From positions 75,332,001 through 75,396,000 of the forward strand of contig OZ076409.1 in NCBI GenBank assembly GCA_964187785.1: a stretch of DNA of 64,000 nucleotides, given 5' to 3'. Under the pieces are notes generated by a model. That model saw nothing but the letters and a program-made list of their open reading frames with translations. It was not told where the DNA came from and ran no database searches. The position numbers and the translations under genes were made by a program. Of the stretch, positions 34,411-47,300 are shown one piece after another (within the stretch, counting starts at the first letter, position 1; each line of letters begins with the position of its first letter). This DNA comes from Amphiscolops sp. MND2022. Its lineage: Eukaryota.

Positions 34411-36957
34411 GTGCCGGGATTTTCTATTCGTTTGGGGAAGATGCGCGCTGTTGGGGAGGGTCCCGGGCGCGCTCAGGTGTTTGTGGTTTTCCAACTTTGG
34501 AATCAGCACCCGCTGGGAACGATCTCGAGAACTATCCATACGATTTGGCTGAAATTTTGCATGTGGCTCCCAATGGACATTGTAAGAACAAATCCCTACT
34601 GGCGTTTTGCTGGGAAAAATCAAAATGTTGGTCAAAAATGCGATTTTCCGACGAAATTTTTGACTTTTTTTACTTTGACAGTCAAAATCTCGCCACAAGG
34701 TCACGCTAGCTACCCTAAACCCTGCTAATTATAATTTGCAATCTGTCTCAGGAATGCGGTGTGAAATTTTCAGGTCAATCGGACTTAAACTCAGCGACTT
34801 AGAGCGATTTTTTAGGTGCATTTTTTGACATTTTTTGCATTTGCTGATTTATCTCTGCCGTTTTTTGCCCAGATTTTTTTTGAGACCCTCTCCTAAAGAC
34901 CTCCCCTGGCCGGTTTACCTCCCAGCAAAACCATTTGGCCCTAAATACGAAGTTTCACCGTTCTAGCATTCCCGGGCGAAAAGTTGTGGGACTTAGAAAA
35001 TTTTTTTGGAAACGCAAAATGTGTAAAGTCAACTTCTGGCCTCCCAAAGTCAAGGAACTTCCACACAACTAGTATTGCAAGTGAATGCATGTGGAGAGTA
35101 CTCGAATAGACGAAGAAAATGAGCTATTATAAAACTCTGTAGCTTAACCTGACATTGACTTATGACCTTTTGAGTGTGAGCTTGCTATGCGAGAAAAAAT
35201 GCAAAACATGAAAATGGAAGCAAAGTATCGTCGAAAACCCATCATAAGATGTTCAACTCATCCTAGAGCGGTTTATTTACAGTTGTTTCGTAGAGCAACA
35301 CCATTCATGATCATGTGACCCATTTTTATGGGTTATGAGATTGTCTTATTCATCCGATAGCCCAAAGCAGTTGAGTACATTCCATCTCACCTCCGTGTGA
35401 GATGAGAATGTACTCGCTAAAGTCCAGGTACTACAGCCCATATTGGTTTTATGCGACGCTCTGTATGCAAATGAGCATACTTGAAATTTTTTTAGCTGAT
35501 ATTTTTTTAACTGCACTTTGACTCTGACCTGACATACTGAATATTTAGTCCTTATAACATACACATAATTAACGTCAATGCCCCATCCTTGCATCAACGC
35601 CCACCGTCCGTGGGCATGCCGAGGCATGCCCTTCGACGACGCGCACCAAAATATTCCCCGAGCGCGGTAGCCGCTAGGTGCCGGGATTTCTATTCGATAA
35701 AGTAAGTTGCGCGATTGGGTAGGGCCCCGTGAGCGCGCCCGTGTCTGTGTTTTTTGAACCTGAATTTGCGGGTGCCAAAATAGACGATCTCCTAAACTAT
35801 CCATACGATTTTGCTCAAATTTGGCATACGGGTTCCTGAGACAGATATAAGAACTAATTCCTACTGGCGTTTTGCCCGGAAAATTTTTTTTGTTGCGCAA
35901 ACTTGAAATTTTTGACAAAAAAATGCGATTTTTTTTGAAAAATTTTTTTTGAGAGGCCATATCTTTTTTCAGGGTGCCCGGAGCGGGACGCGTTAAACTG
36001 ATTATAAACTCTACGGTTCATGGGCTGTACGAGGAACCTATTTTTGTTGGAATCCGACTTGTAGATTTTGAGATATATTATCAAATTTGGGTGTTTTTTT
36101 TCCAATTTTTCGAAAAACCTGGTTTATCTCTGCCGTTTTTTGCCCAGATTTTTTTCTAGACCCTCTCCTAAAGGCCTCCCCTGGCCGGATTACGTCCCAG
36201 CAAAACCATTTGGCCCTAAATACGAAGTTTCAGCGTTCTAGCATTCTCGGGCGAAAAGTTGTGGGACTTAGAAAATTTTTTTTTAAAACGCAAAATGTGT
36301 AAAGTCAACTTCAGGCCTCCCAAAGTCAAGGAACTTCCACACAACTAGGATTGCAAGTGGATGCATGTGGAAAGTGCTTGAATAGACGAGGAAAATGAGC
36401 TATTATAAAACTCTGTAGCTTAACCTGACGTTGACTTATGACAATTTTAGTGTGAGCTTGCTATGTGAGAAAAAATTTCAAAAATTGAAAATCGAAGCTA
36501 AGTCTCATCCAAAACTCATCGGAATACGTTCAATCCATTCCAAAGCGGTTTACTTCCAGCTATAGACTGCAGCAACACTATTCAAGACCATTGTACCCCT
36601 TTATATTAGTTTTGACATTGTATTATTCATCCGAGAGCACAAAGCAGTTGAGTACATTCCATCTCCCTTTCGGGGGAGATGAGAATGTACTCGCTAAAGA
36701 ACAGGTACTACAGCCAATTTTTGTATTTATGCGAAGCCATTCTATGCTATTGCACATAACAACTAATCTATTGACTTAATTTTGCCTACACTTTGCTATG
36801 ACATATGCTAAACGTTTGGTCCTTACAACAACATACACATGACTAACGTCAACGCCACATACTCTTACCAACGCCCACCGTCCGTGGGCATGCCGAGGCA
36901 TGCCCTTCGACGACGTATGCCAAATACCTTCCAGCGACGCTCGCGCTCCCCGGCTAG
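34411..36957 (+). mobile_element. Two class A units (1267 and 1280 bp)
   Basis: Junctions at 34407, 35674 and 36954. The central block and GAGTACATT hairpin are present. Confidence 0.65.
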
Positions 36958-39900
36958 GTGGAGGTTATTTTATAATAATTAATGTGTTTTTTTCCGGAGT
37001 TTGTGGCTTTGGAAAAAACAAAAGGCGAGAAATGGTGCACTCCGGGCTGAACCGTATACACTCAAATTTCGCCCATTTTTTATACGATCTCGAAACCCAG
37101 CCGTACGATTTTGCTCAAAATTTGCATGCGGCTACAAAATCAGATTCTAAGAACTATTTCCTGGTGACATTTTTTTGAAATTTTTGTGTACGTTTCCCCC
37201 CCGCCCCCTAAAGGGGTCACTTTTCCCCACTTTTGCACTTATGAGTCAAATTCTCAAAACTGGTGGATCTGAGCGTATTCCTGGCGGGGACAACTTTTAA
37301 CAAGCGCTCCTCAGTCGACCTTTTTGACTTTTTACTTTGGTGGTACGTTCACCCCCCGAGGAGGAAATTGCGTTTTTGTGACTTCCGGTCGAGGCTTTTT
37401 TCACCCAAAAATTAGAATTAAGCCAGTTTTGAGCAGGAAGGAGTGGATTTAAAGTGCCTGTACCCTGCTAAAAATTTGTTGGGCTTGTAGCGATATATCT
37501 CATACCAAGTCTGGTTTTCACCCCCAAACCCCCCTTGAGACCAAAATTCACCCAAAGTTTTTTACCTCTGTTTGTAGTTTTTTTACCGAATATCGTCTTT
37601 TCCATGGGTACGGAGTTGAATTAGGGGCTCCTAATAGGGTACCGATGTTCAAGTACACTTGCAGTGCAACTGAGTGACCCTTTTTGGGCCTCTCCTGTGT
37701 TCGGCAAGGACCGGAAGTGGTGTAACCCCCCCCCCCCTTTTTGACGTTTGTTGACCTTGAGACTCGCGCTTAGATGACGTTTATGTCGCGCAAATCCTAC
37801 AAACAAGTATTAGGATGTCATGCTAGCCAACTAGAGAGCAGTAAGGGAAACAATAATATACCGGAAGTAACCCCCCGTGACCGGAAGTTGTCATTTTTGA
37901 CCGGAAATGGTCCAAAACCTAGCGTTGAAGCAGTTTTTCATTGCTTTTAAAGTCAACTTCTTACATTTTTCAATCTGCGCGAGCTTTTCTTCAGGTTCGT
38001 TTTTGTTGCCGGTGCACAGCAACGAATATACAACTGTAAAATTTTCGCTATAAAATCGTCGGAGAGAGAAATAACGGAATATTTGGAGTTTTTTTCGAAA
38101 ATATTAGTCTATATCTGTCATTTTTACCCAATGTTATTCAACAGTAGAACCACAGGTTTTATTCTCTGCCCAAAAATATGCCTAACAAATTCACCTGTCC
38201 CTTTGGTTGCAGTTTGAGCATTCTAGCTTTTTCTGGTCACAAGTAAGGGGACTTGAAAAAGTTTCAAAAATTTTTCCGAAAAATTTTTCTAAACGTCATG
38301 TCTCCCAAAGTTAAGAAACTTCCGCACAACTAGGATTACAAGTGAATGCACGTGGTAAGACCTCTAATTGGAGAGAAAAATTCAGTTTAGAACGTCTCTT
38401 TATCGTAACGTGACGTTAAGAGAAGTTGCTTTGAATGCGAGCTTGATGAGACGTCGAGAAGTAACAGTGTGTAAATGGAACCTATGTCTCGACAAATACT
38501 CATCGGAATACATGAGATGAACCCCAATTACCCTCAATTTCAGTTGCCTAGTACAACAACGTCTTCCAAGGACCCTTTAATCTTTTTGATAAGCGTTGAA
38601 GTCATCAATAGATTGAGTTCGCAAGAAACAATTGAGTACATTCTCATCTCTCCCCATCGGGTGAGATGAGAATGTTTTTGCTGAAAGCCAGGTACTACGG
38701 CCCAATTTTGTTTCATTGCGACGCATTCTGTGCTTTAGCACATAGATACTTTTATTCCGTCTCACTTTTTGTATACACTCTGATTTGTTGTTATGAATTT
38801 CTCGTCATTACTTTACATAAACTAATTACCATAAAACTTTAACGTCAAAGCCACATTCATTTAGACACCCACCATTCCGTAGGTATGCCGAGGTATGCCA
38901 TTCGAAGATGTAGGTCAAACGCAAATGCGATAAAAATAGTGCTGAAAATCGGAAACAGTGACAAACAATTTTGACTTTTTGATATTTGTTAGGTTTTCAT
39001 ATGGAACTTACACATCACTGACAATTCAAAACATTCCAGCTGACGCTCACATACAAACATCAACGCCCACCGTCTGTGGGCATGCCGAGGCATGCCCTTC
39101 GACGACGTATAGCAAATTCCTTTAATATCTACACCCAATTGCGGTAGCTGCTAGGTGGAGGTTATTATATATCAATTAAAGTGTTTTTTTCCGGAGTTTG
39201 TGGCTTTGGAAAAAACAAAAGGCGAGAAATTGGGCACTCCAGGCTGAACCTAAAAACACCCTAAAATTCGCCCGATTTTTTTACGATCTCGAAACCCAAC
39301 CGTACGATTTGGCTGAAAATTTGCATGTGGCTCCTAATCAATGAGTAATGAAAAAGTGTAGGAGTGACTTTTCCTGGGAAAATTGTTTTTGTTGCACTTT
39401 TTGCGCAATTTTTGACCGATTGTTGCGTTTTTTATGTCACTTTTGACTTTTCAGGCAAAAAACTCATAGATGCTTTGATCCTAGCGCATCGAGTGTTTCG
39501 ACCAAAAAGTTGCAACATGGTCTTTTACGTACGTTGAGAAAATTTGGTAGCCATCGTATTACCCCCCACTGAGATAGAGGGAACTTCCGGTGGATTTTCG
39601 CACTCTAAAAACGAGGACCTCCTAAATTTCAGCATGAAGCCGTAGTTTTAGCGTGCTCATACCCTGCTGAAGTTTTGTTGGGCATATTGAGATAGTTATG
39701 ATATCATGTGTTCAGTTCACCCCCCATCACCCCCTGGACCGGAAATGAACTTTTTTTGCACTATCATACCGGAAGTCTCCAATTTCACCGTTAAGCAGTT
39801 CTTGTACGAGCAACTACCAGGACATCAAAATTGAAGTACCACCTGAGGTCAACGTAGTGACTACGTGTTGTCCAGTCATAGGTTCCGCTATGACCGGAAA

Positions 39901-41325
39901 TGGGGTCCAAACCCCCTTTTTTGGTTGTTTTTCAACAATTTTACGAGTGTTTGGTCCACATTCAAGTCGCGTAAGTCAATTGAATCAGTGTGAGCATAAA
40001 CTGTATGTTCACTGCGTAGACGTAACTGACACTGACAGATACCGGAAGTAACCCCCCGTGACCGGAAGTTGTCATTTTTGACCGGAAATGGTCCAAAATG
40101 TAGCGTAAAATCAGTTTTCCACTGCTTTTTAAAGTCAACTTATTATTTTTTCAATCTCCGCGAGCTTGTATTCAGGTTCGTTTTTGTTACCCGTGCACTT
40201 TGCAACAAATATACATCTGTAAAATTTTCTCTATAATATCTTCGGATAGAGAAATAACGTGTTTTTGAGACTTTTTTCAAAAATATTAGACTATATCTGT
40301 CATTTACCCAAAGTTTTTCAACATAACGACCACAGTGGTTCGTCTCTGCCCAAATTTGTGCCTAAAAAACTATTTGGCCCATTGGCCTCAGTTTGAGCGT
40401 TCCAGCTTTGCGTGATCATAAGCTAAGGGACTTGAAAAAATTTCGAACTTTTTTCAAAAAAAAAATTCTCACATTCATGTCTCCCAAAGTGAAGAAACTT
40501 CCACACAACTAGGATTGCAAGTGGATGCATGTGGCAAGCCCTATAATTGAAGGGAAAAATGCCGCTTAGAACGTCTCTTTATCGTAACTTGACGTTAACG
40601 TATGGTGCTTTGAATGAGAGCTTGATAAGAGGTCGAGAAGTCAAAGTGTGTAAATGGAACGTATGTCTCGTCGAAAACTCACCGGAATTCATGCAATGAA
40701 CCCCAATTGTCCTCAATTGCAGTTGCCTACTGCAACAACGTCTTTCTGGTACATTTTACTCTTTTTCATAAGTGTCAAAATTATTTTTAAATTCAGTTAG
40801 CAAGAAACACTTGAGTACATTTTCATCTCTCCCCAGCGGGTGAGATGAGAATGTTCTTGCTAAATGCCAGGTACTACGGCCCCCCTTTTGTTTTAATGCG
40901 ACGCATTCTCTGCTTTAGCACATAGATATTTCATTTCGCCTGGTTTTTTGTATACTCTCTGACTTGTTATTATAAAGTTCTCGTCATTACTGTACATAAA
41001 TTTACAACCATAAATCGTTATCGGCAACGCCACATACACTTAGACGCCCACCATTCTGTAGGTATGTCGAGGCATACCTTTCGATTATGTCATAACGCAA
41101 ACGCGATAAAAAGTGCTGAAATTCAGAAACAGTGACAATCAATTTTCACTATTTGACATATGGTAGGTTTTTATAGGGAACTTACACATCACTGACATTT
41201 CACAACATTCCAGCTGACGCCCACATACCATATCAACGCCCACCGTCCGTGGGCATGCCGAGGCATGCCCTTCGACGACGTATGCCAATTTTTTTATATC
41301 TACACTCAATTGCGGTAGCAGCTAG
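36958..41325 (+). mobile_element. Two ~2.18-kb units (class F) with a duplicated terminal box
   Basis: Lengths 2197 and 2171, both starting GTGGAGGTTATT. Each has a CCGGAA triplet as in class E, a diverged class A-like right half, and a degenerate terminal box ~195 bp before the intact one. Confidence 0.6.
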
Positions 41326-44300
41326 GTGGCCGTGTCTTTTCGACGTGCTTTTGCATTGAGGAGTGGGTAGGGCCCCGCGACGACCTAGAAGAATTGGATG
41401 CTCACCGAAACGTGCAGAATTCTACGAGATCTCATAGTTTGAGCCATACGATTTTTCTGAAATTTGGCATGTGGACTGGAATTGGTGAGTAGGTAAAACG
41501 TGTAGAAGGTAATTTTTCCCAAATTCCACTGTGAGAGGAGATATGGGCAAATAACGGACCCAAAAATGGCAAAAATGCACATTTTTCAACTTTGTCAGCC
41601 AATATCTCTTTTCCAGGTGCCCGTAGCGTTCCGCACGTGGACATCAATATTGCTCAGCGCTGTTGGAGGAGTGCGTGGACAAATTTTAGTTTAAATCGGA
41701 CTTAAACTTGACGAGAAATTAACGGTTTTTTGGGCGTTTCCGGGGTAAATTTTTTAACGGTACAGCTTATCTTTGCCATTTTTTCGAAAATGTACATGCC
41801 TAAAGGCCTCCCCCTGGCCGAATTTACTCCCAGCAAACCCATTTGGCCCTAAATACGGAGTTTCAGCGTTCCAGCATTCCGGGGCGGGAAGTTGTGGGAC
41901 TTGGAAAAATTTCAAAATTTTTTCAAAAAATTTTTTTCCCGTTTTCCGGGCCCCCAATGAAGGGGAACGACCCCCCAACCAGTATTTTGAGTGAATTCAT
42001 GTGGAACGCCCATGTTTGGAGGAGAAAAATGCCGTTTAGCACATCTTTTTATCTTAACTTGACATTGACTTATGACGTTTTGAATGTGATGTTAGGATAT
42101 ATGAAGCATGTGAAAAGTTGAAGTTTTGAGTCTTTATCTAATCGGAAAACCATTGAGATACAAGCAGTTTTGCTAAAAACGATTTTCATTGTAGGTTAGC
42201 AGAGTATTAGTACACTTTGATGTCATTTGAGTATTTTTTTCTTCTATATAGTAACTGTTTTTATGTATTTATTCCAATTTATCTCATCTTTTAACATCAA
42301 GCAGTTGAGTACATTTCATCTCCCTTTCGAGGGAGATGAGAATGTACTCGCTAAAAACCTAATGCTATGGCGCCAATGTTTGGATGGGAAGTTTTCTATG
42401 CTTTGAAAAAAGTTATTTTTAATTACTTGATTTTTTAAAACAATAATTAACATGAAGTACATTACTTGCTCCTACTACTACCACCATACATCTCTAACGT
42501 CAACGCCCCCTGCTTGCATCAACGCCCCATCGTCCGTGGGCATGCCGAGGCATGCCCTTCGACGACGTATGCCAAATGCCCAGTGCCACGCAGTCTTTCC
42601 CCGCTAGGTGGCCGGAAATTTTTTTTTCATCAAAATCTTTGCCATTGGGGGAGGGGCCCCGGATGGCCAGTAGTTCGGCTTGGCTACCTGCAAAATCAGG
42701 TACAAAAAAACACGATCTCAAAATTGGCCCGTCAGAATTCGCTCATTTTTTGCATGCGGCCCTAGAATCAATATATAAGAACAAAGTCCTGCTGACGTTT
42801 TGCCGAAAAAACATTTTTTGTTGACCAAAAATAACATTTTTCATGCCAAAATGACCGTTTTTTCACATTTTTCAACTTTGAGAGCTCATATCTCGTTCCC
42901 AGGTGCCCGGAGCCGTTCGCACGTGAACTGCAATATTGCTCAGCGTTGTTAACGGAGTGCGTGGACAAATTTTGGTCCAAATCGGACTTAAACTCGGGGA
43001 GATATAAACGGATTTTTGGGAGTTTCCGGGGTAAATTTTTTAACGGTCCAGCTTATCTTTGCCATTTTTTGGAAAATGTACTCGCCTAAAGGCCTCCCCC
43101 TGGCCGAATTTACTCCCAGCAAAACCATTTGGCCCTAAATACGGAGTTTCAGCGTTCTAGCATTTCCGGGCGAAAAGTTGTGGGACTTAGAAAAAATTCA
43201 AAATTTTTCAAAATTTTTTTTTCGTTTTCCGGCCCCCCAATGAAGGGGAACGACCCCCCAACTAGGATTTTTGGTGAATCCATGCGAAAAGGTCTTGTTT
43301 AGTGGAGAAAAATGCCGTTTAGAGCGACTTTTTATCTTAACTTGACGTTGACTTATGTCGTTTTGAATTTGATATTAGTATGTGTTGAGCATGTGAAAAG
43401 TTGAATATTTCAGTTGTTCTTTCGTGTTAGCCATTGAGATACAAGCTGTAGTGATCAAATTGTGATTTTTTGCAATTTCGTGGTGCTTTTGGTGTATTTT
43501 GATTCTTTTGATAAAAAAGTTGTTCTTTATATATTGACAATTTTGGTGTATTGATTCAAATGAACATGAAACAGTTGAGTACATTTCATCTCCCTCTCGG
43601 GGGAGATGAGAATGTACTCGCTAAAGTCCTAGTACTATGACCCATTTTTGTTTTTATCAGACGCAGATACTGCCAACGGATACTTTTTGTTGGTGCAACT
43701 TTCCCCTGCACAATGTCTTTAGAAGCTAGAAAATTCTATGTCTCTAGCTTACTTCTCCTACAAATTCGTCACCAACGTCAACGCCACACACTCTCACTAA
43801 CGCCCACCGTCTGTGGGCATGCCGAGGCATGCCCTTCGACGACGTATGCCAAATAGCGCCACAGGGCGCCCAATTTTGTCTAGGTGCCGGGATTTCCATT
43901 CGATAAGGAATTCTGCGCGTGTGGGTAGGGCCCCTGGCGCGCTCCTGTGTTTTCGGTTTTCCTACTCCAAATTCACACCCCAGTTATCTCCGATCTCGTA
44001 AACTATCCATACGATTTGGCTGAAATTTGGCACACGTACCCCCCTCGGCACGCTGAAGATGATTCCCTACTGACGTTTTGCTCGCTAAACATTTTTTGTT
44101 GACCAAAATAACGGTTTTTGGGGTAAAATTTTCAACTTTTTTTAAATTTCATCTTATATCTCGCCACGGGTACACGCTAGCGCTTCCAAAACTTGCTGAC
44201 GAAAGCTTGCAAACTGTCTCAGGAATGCGGTGTGAAATTTTCAGCTCAATCGGACTTAAACTCGGGGAGATATAGCGTTTTTCCGGAGCGGGGGGGTTTC

Positions 44301-47300
44301 ATTTTTCTAACGGTCCAGCTTATCTTTGCCATTTTTTCGAAAATGCACTCGCCTAAAGGCCTCCCCTGGCCGGTTTTATTCCCAGCAAAACCATTTGGCC
44401 CTAAATACGGAGTTTCAGCGTTCCAGCATTCCCGGGCGAAAAGTTGTGGGACTTAGAAAATTTCAAAAATTTTCAAAAATTTTTTTTCCGTTATTTGGGC
44501 CCCCAAAGTGGGGGAAAAGACCCCCCAACCAGTAAAGCAAGTGAATGCATGTGCAAAGCCCTTGTTTAGAGGAGAAAAATGCCGTTTAGAACGTCTTTTT
44601 ATCTTGGCTCAACGTTGACTTATGACGTTTCGAAGGTGATGTTTGGAGGTGTAAATCACGTGAATAGTAAACGTTATGAGTATTTATCTGATCTGAAAGC
44701 CATTGAGATGCAATATGGTTTGCTCAAAACGTAATTCATGGCAGTTTGGCAATCAATCAACACCCTTTGTTGTCGTTTGACATACTTTTTTGTTGTTATA
44801 ATAAAAATTTTGTGTATTTGTTCATTTTTTTCTCATCAAATAACTTGAAACAGTTGAGTACATTCCATCCCCCCTTCCGGGGGAGATGAGAATGTACTCG
44901 CAAAAAGCAGCGAATTACGGCCCTTACCTTCCCGAGCTACGCAGTATAAGGATTACATATTGGTTCCGACATTTTCATAGAGTTAAATCTTGGTAATCTG
45001 TCTGGATATGCAGAAAAATCAGCACGTGCCTTTTAATACCAAGTTGCTCACAACGACAATTATTTTATATCAACGCCCCCATATTTATCAACGCCCCCCG
45101 TCCGTGGGCATGCCGAGGCATGCCCTTCGACGACGTATACCAAGATATACATCGAGCGCGTTAGCCTAGGTGCCGGGATTTCTATTCGTTCGAGTATGTG
45201 GCGCGTGTGGGTAGGGCCCCTGGCGCGCTCTTGTGTTTGGGGGTTTCCTACTTCTAAATCACGTTCAGATTTCCGGGATCTCGTAAACTATCCATACGAT
45301 TTGGCTGAAATTTGGCACACGTACCCCCCTCGGCACGGTGAAGATGATTTCCTACTGACGTTTTTCCCGCTAAACATTTTTTGTTGACCAAAATAACGGT
45401 TTTTGGTGGAAAATTTTTGATTTTTTTTAAATTTTATCTTATATCTCGCCACGGGTCCACGCTAGCGCTTCCAAACCTTGCTGACGAAACCTCGCAAACT
45501 GTCTCAGGAATGCTGTGTGAAATTTTCAGCTCAATCGGACTTAAACTCGGGGAGATATAGCGTTTTTCCGGAGCGGGGGGGTTTCATTTTTCTAACGGTC
45601 CAGCTTATCTTTGCCATTTTTTCGAAAATGCACTCGCCTAAAGGCCTCCCCTGGCCGGTTTTACTCCCAAAAAAACCATTTGGCCCTAAATACGGAGTTT
45701 CAGCGTTCTAGCATTCCGGGGCGAAAAGTTGTGGTACTTAGTAAATTTCAAAAATTTTCAAAAATTTTTTTTTCGTTATTTGGGCCCCCAAAGTGGGGGA
45801 AAAGACCCCCCAACCAGTAATTTGAGTGAATTCATGTGGAAAGGCCATGTTTAGCGGCGAAAAATGCTTTTTAGATCGTCTTTTTATTTTAACCTGTTGT
45901 TGACTTATGTTGTTTTGAAGGTGATGTTTGGATGTGTGAAGCATGTGAAAAGGTAATTTTTTGTGTCTTTATCTCTTCTAAAAGCCATTGAGATGCAATC
46001 TGTTTTGCTCAAAACGTAATTCAATGCAATTTGGCAGTCAATGAACACAATTTGGTGTCTTTTGTTATATTTTTCTGTTGATATAATAAAAAATTTTGTG
46101 TCTTTATTAATTTTTTTTAAATAAAATAACTTGAAACAGTTGAGTACATTCCATCCCCCCCTTCCGGGGGAGATGGAAATGTACTCGCTAAAAGCCGCGA
46201 ACAAGAGCCCATACCTTCCTGCGCTACGCAGTATAAAGATTGCATGTTGGTTCCGACTTTTTGGTAGTGTTATATCTTGGTAATTTGACTGAATATGGAG
46301 AAAAATCAGCAAGTGCTCTTTTATAGCAAATTGCTGACAACGACAATTTTTTTATATCAACGCCCCCATATTTATCAACGCCCCCCGTCCGTGGGCATGC
46401 CGAGGCATGCCCTTCGACGACGTATACCAAGATATACTCCCGAGCGCGGTAGCCGCTAGGTGGCCGGAAATTTTTTTTTTCATCAAAATCTTTGCCATTG
46501 GGGGAGGGGCCCCGGATGGCCAGTAGTACGGGATAGCTTCCTACCAAATCCAGGCGGAAAAAACGTGATTTTGGAAACTAGCCGTCAGAATTTGCTCAAA
46601 TTTTGCATACGGCTTCCTATAACAATCCTAAGAACTAATCCCTACTGGCATTTTGCCCAAAAAACGCAAAAAGTTGGTCAAAATCTTAGTTTTTTGGTCA
46701 AAAAATGGCGTTTTTTCGAAAAAAAATTTTTTCAGAGACAATTACTCGTAACTGGTTCACCCAGCGCAAAAACGCCTAGCTGATTTATTGTTGGGCACTT
46801 CATGAGGAGTGCGTATACAAATTTTCGTCCAGATCGGAAAAAAAGTGACTAAGTATTAGCCGGAATTCGGACGCATTTTTTCGCAAATTTTTGAAAACCT
46901 AGTCTATCTCTGCCGTTTTTTGCCCAGATTTTTTTCCAGGTCCTCTCCTAAAGGCCTCCCCTGGCCGGTTTACTTCCCAGAAAAACCATTTGGCCCTAAA
47001 TACGGAGTTTCAGCGTTCTAGCATTCCCGGGCGAAAAGATGTGGGACTTAGAAAAAATTCAAAATTTTTCAAAAAAATTTTTTTTCGTTTTCCGGCCCCC
47101 CAATGAAGGGGAACGACCCCCCAACGAGGATTTTTGGTGAATTCACGTGGAAAGGCCTTGTTTTGTGGAGAAAATTGCCGTTTAGAGCGACTTTTTATCT
47201 TAACTTGACGTTGACCTCTGTCGTTTTGAATTTGATATTAGTATGTGTTGAGCATGTGAAAAGTTGATGATTTCAGTTGTTCTCTCGTGTTCAAGCCATT

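Noticed and set aside
35346..35960. Longest ORF (204 aa, minus strand)
   Set aside because: It crosses a unit junction (35674), is not open in sister units, and has a low-complexity K/F-rich composition derived from A/T tracts.
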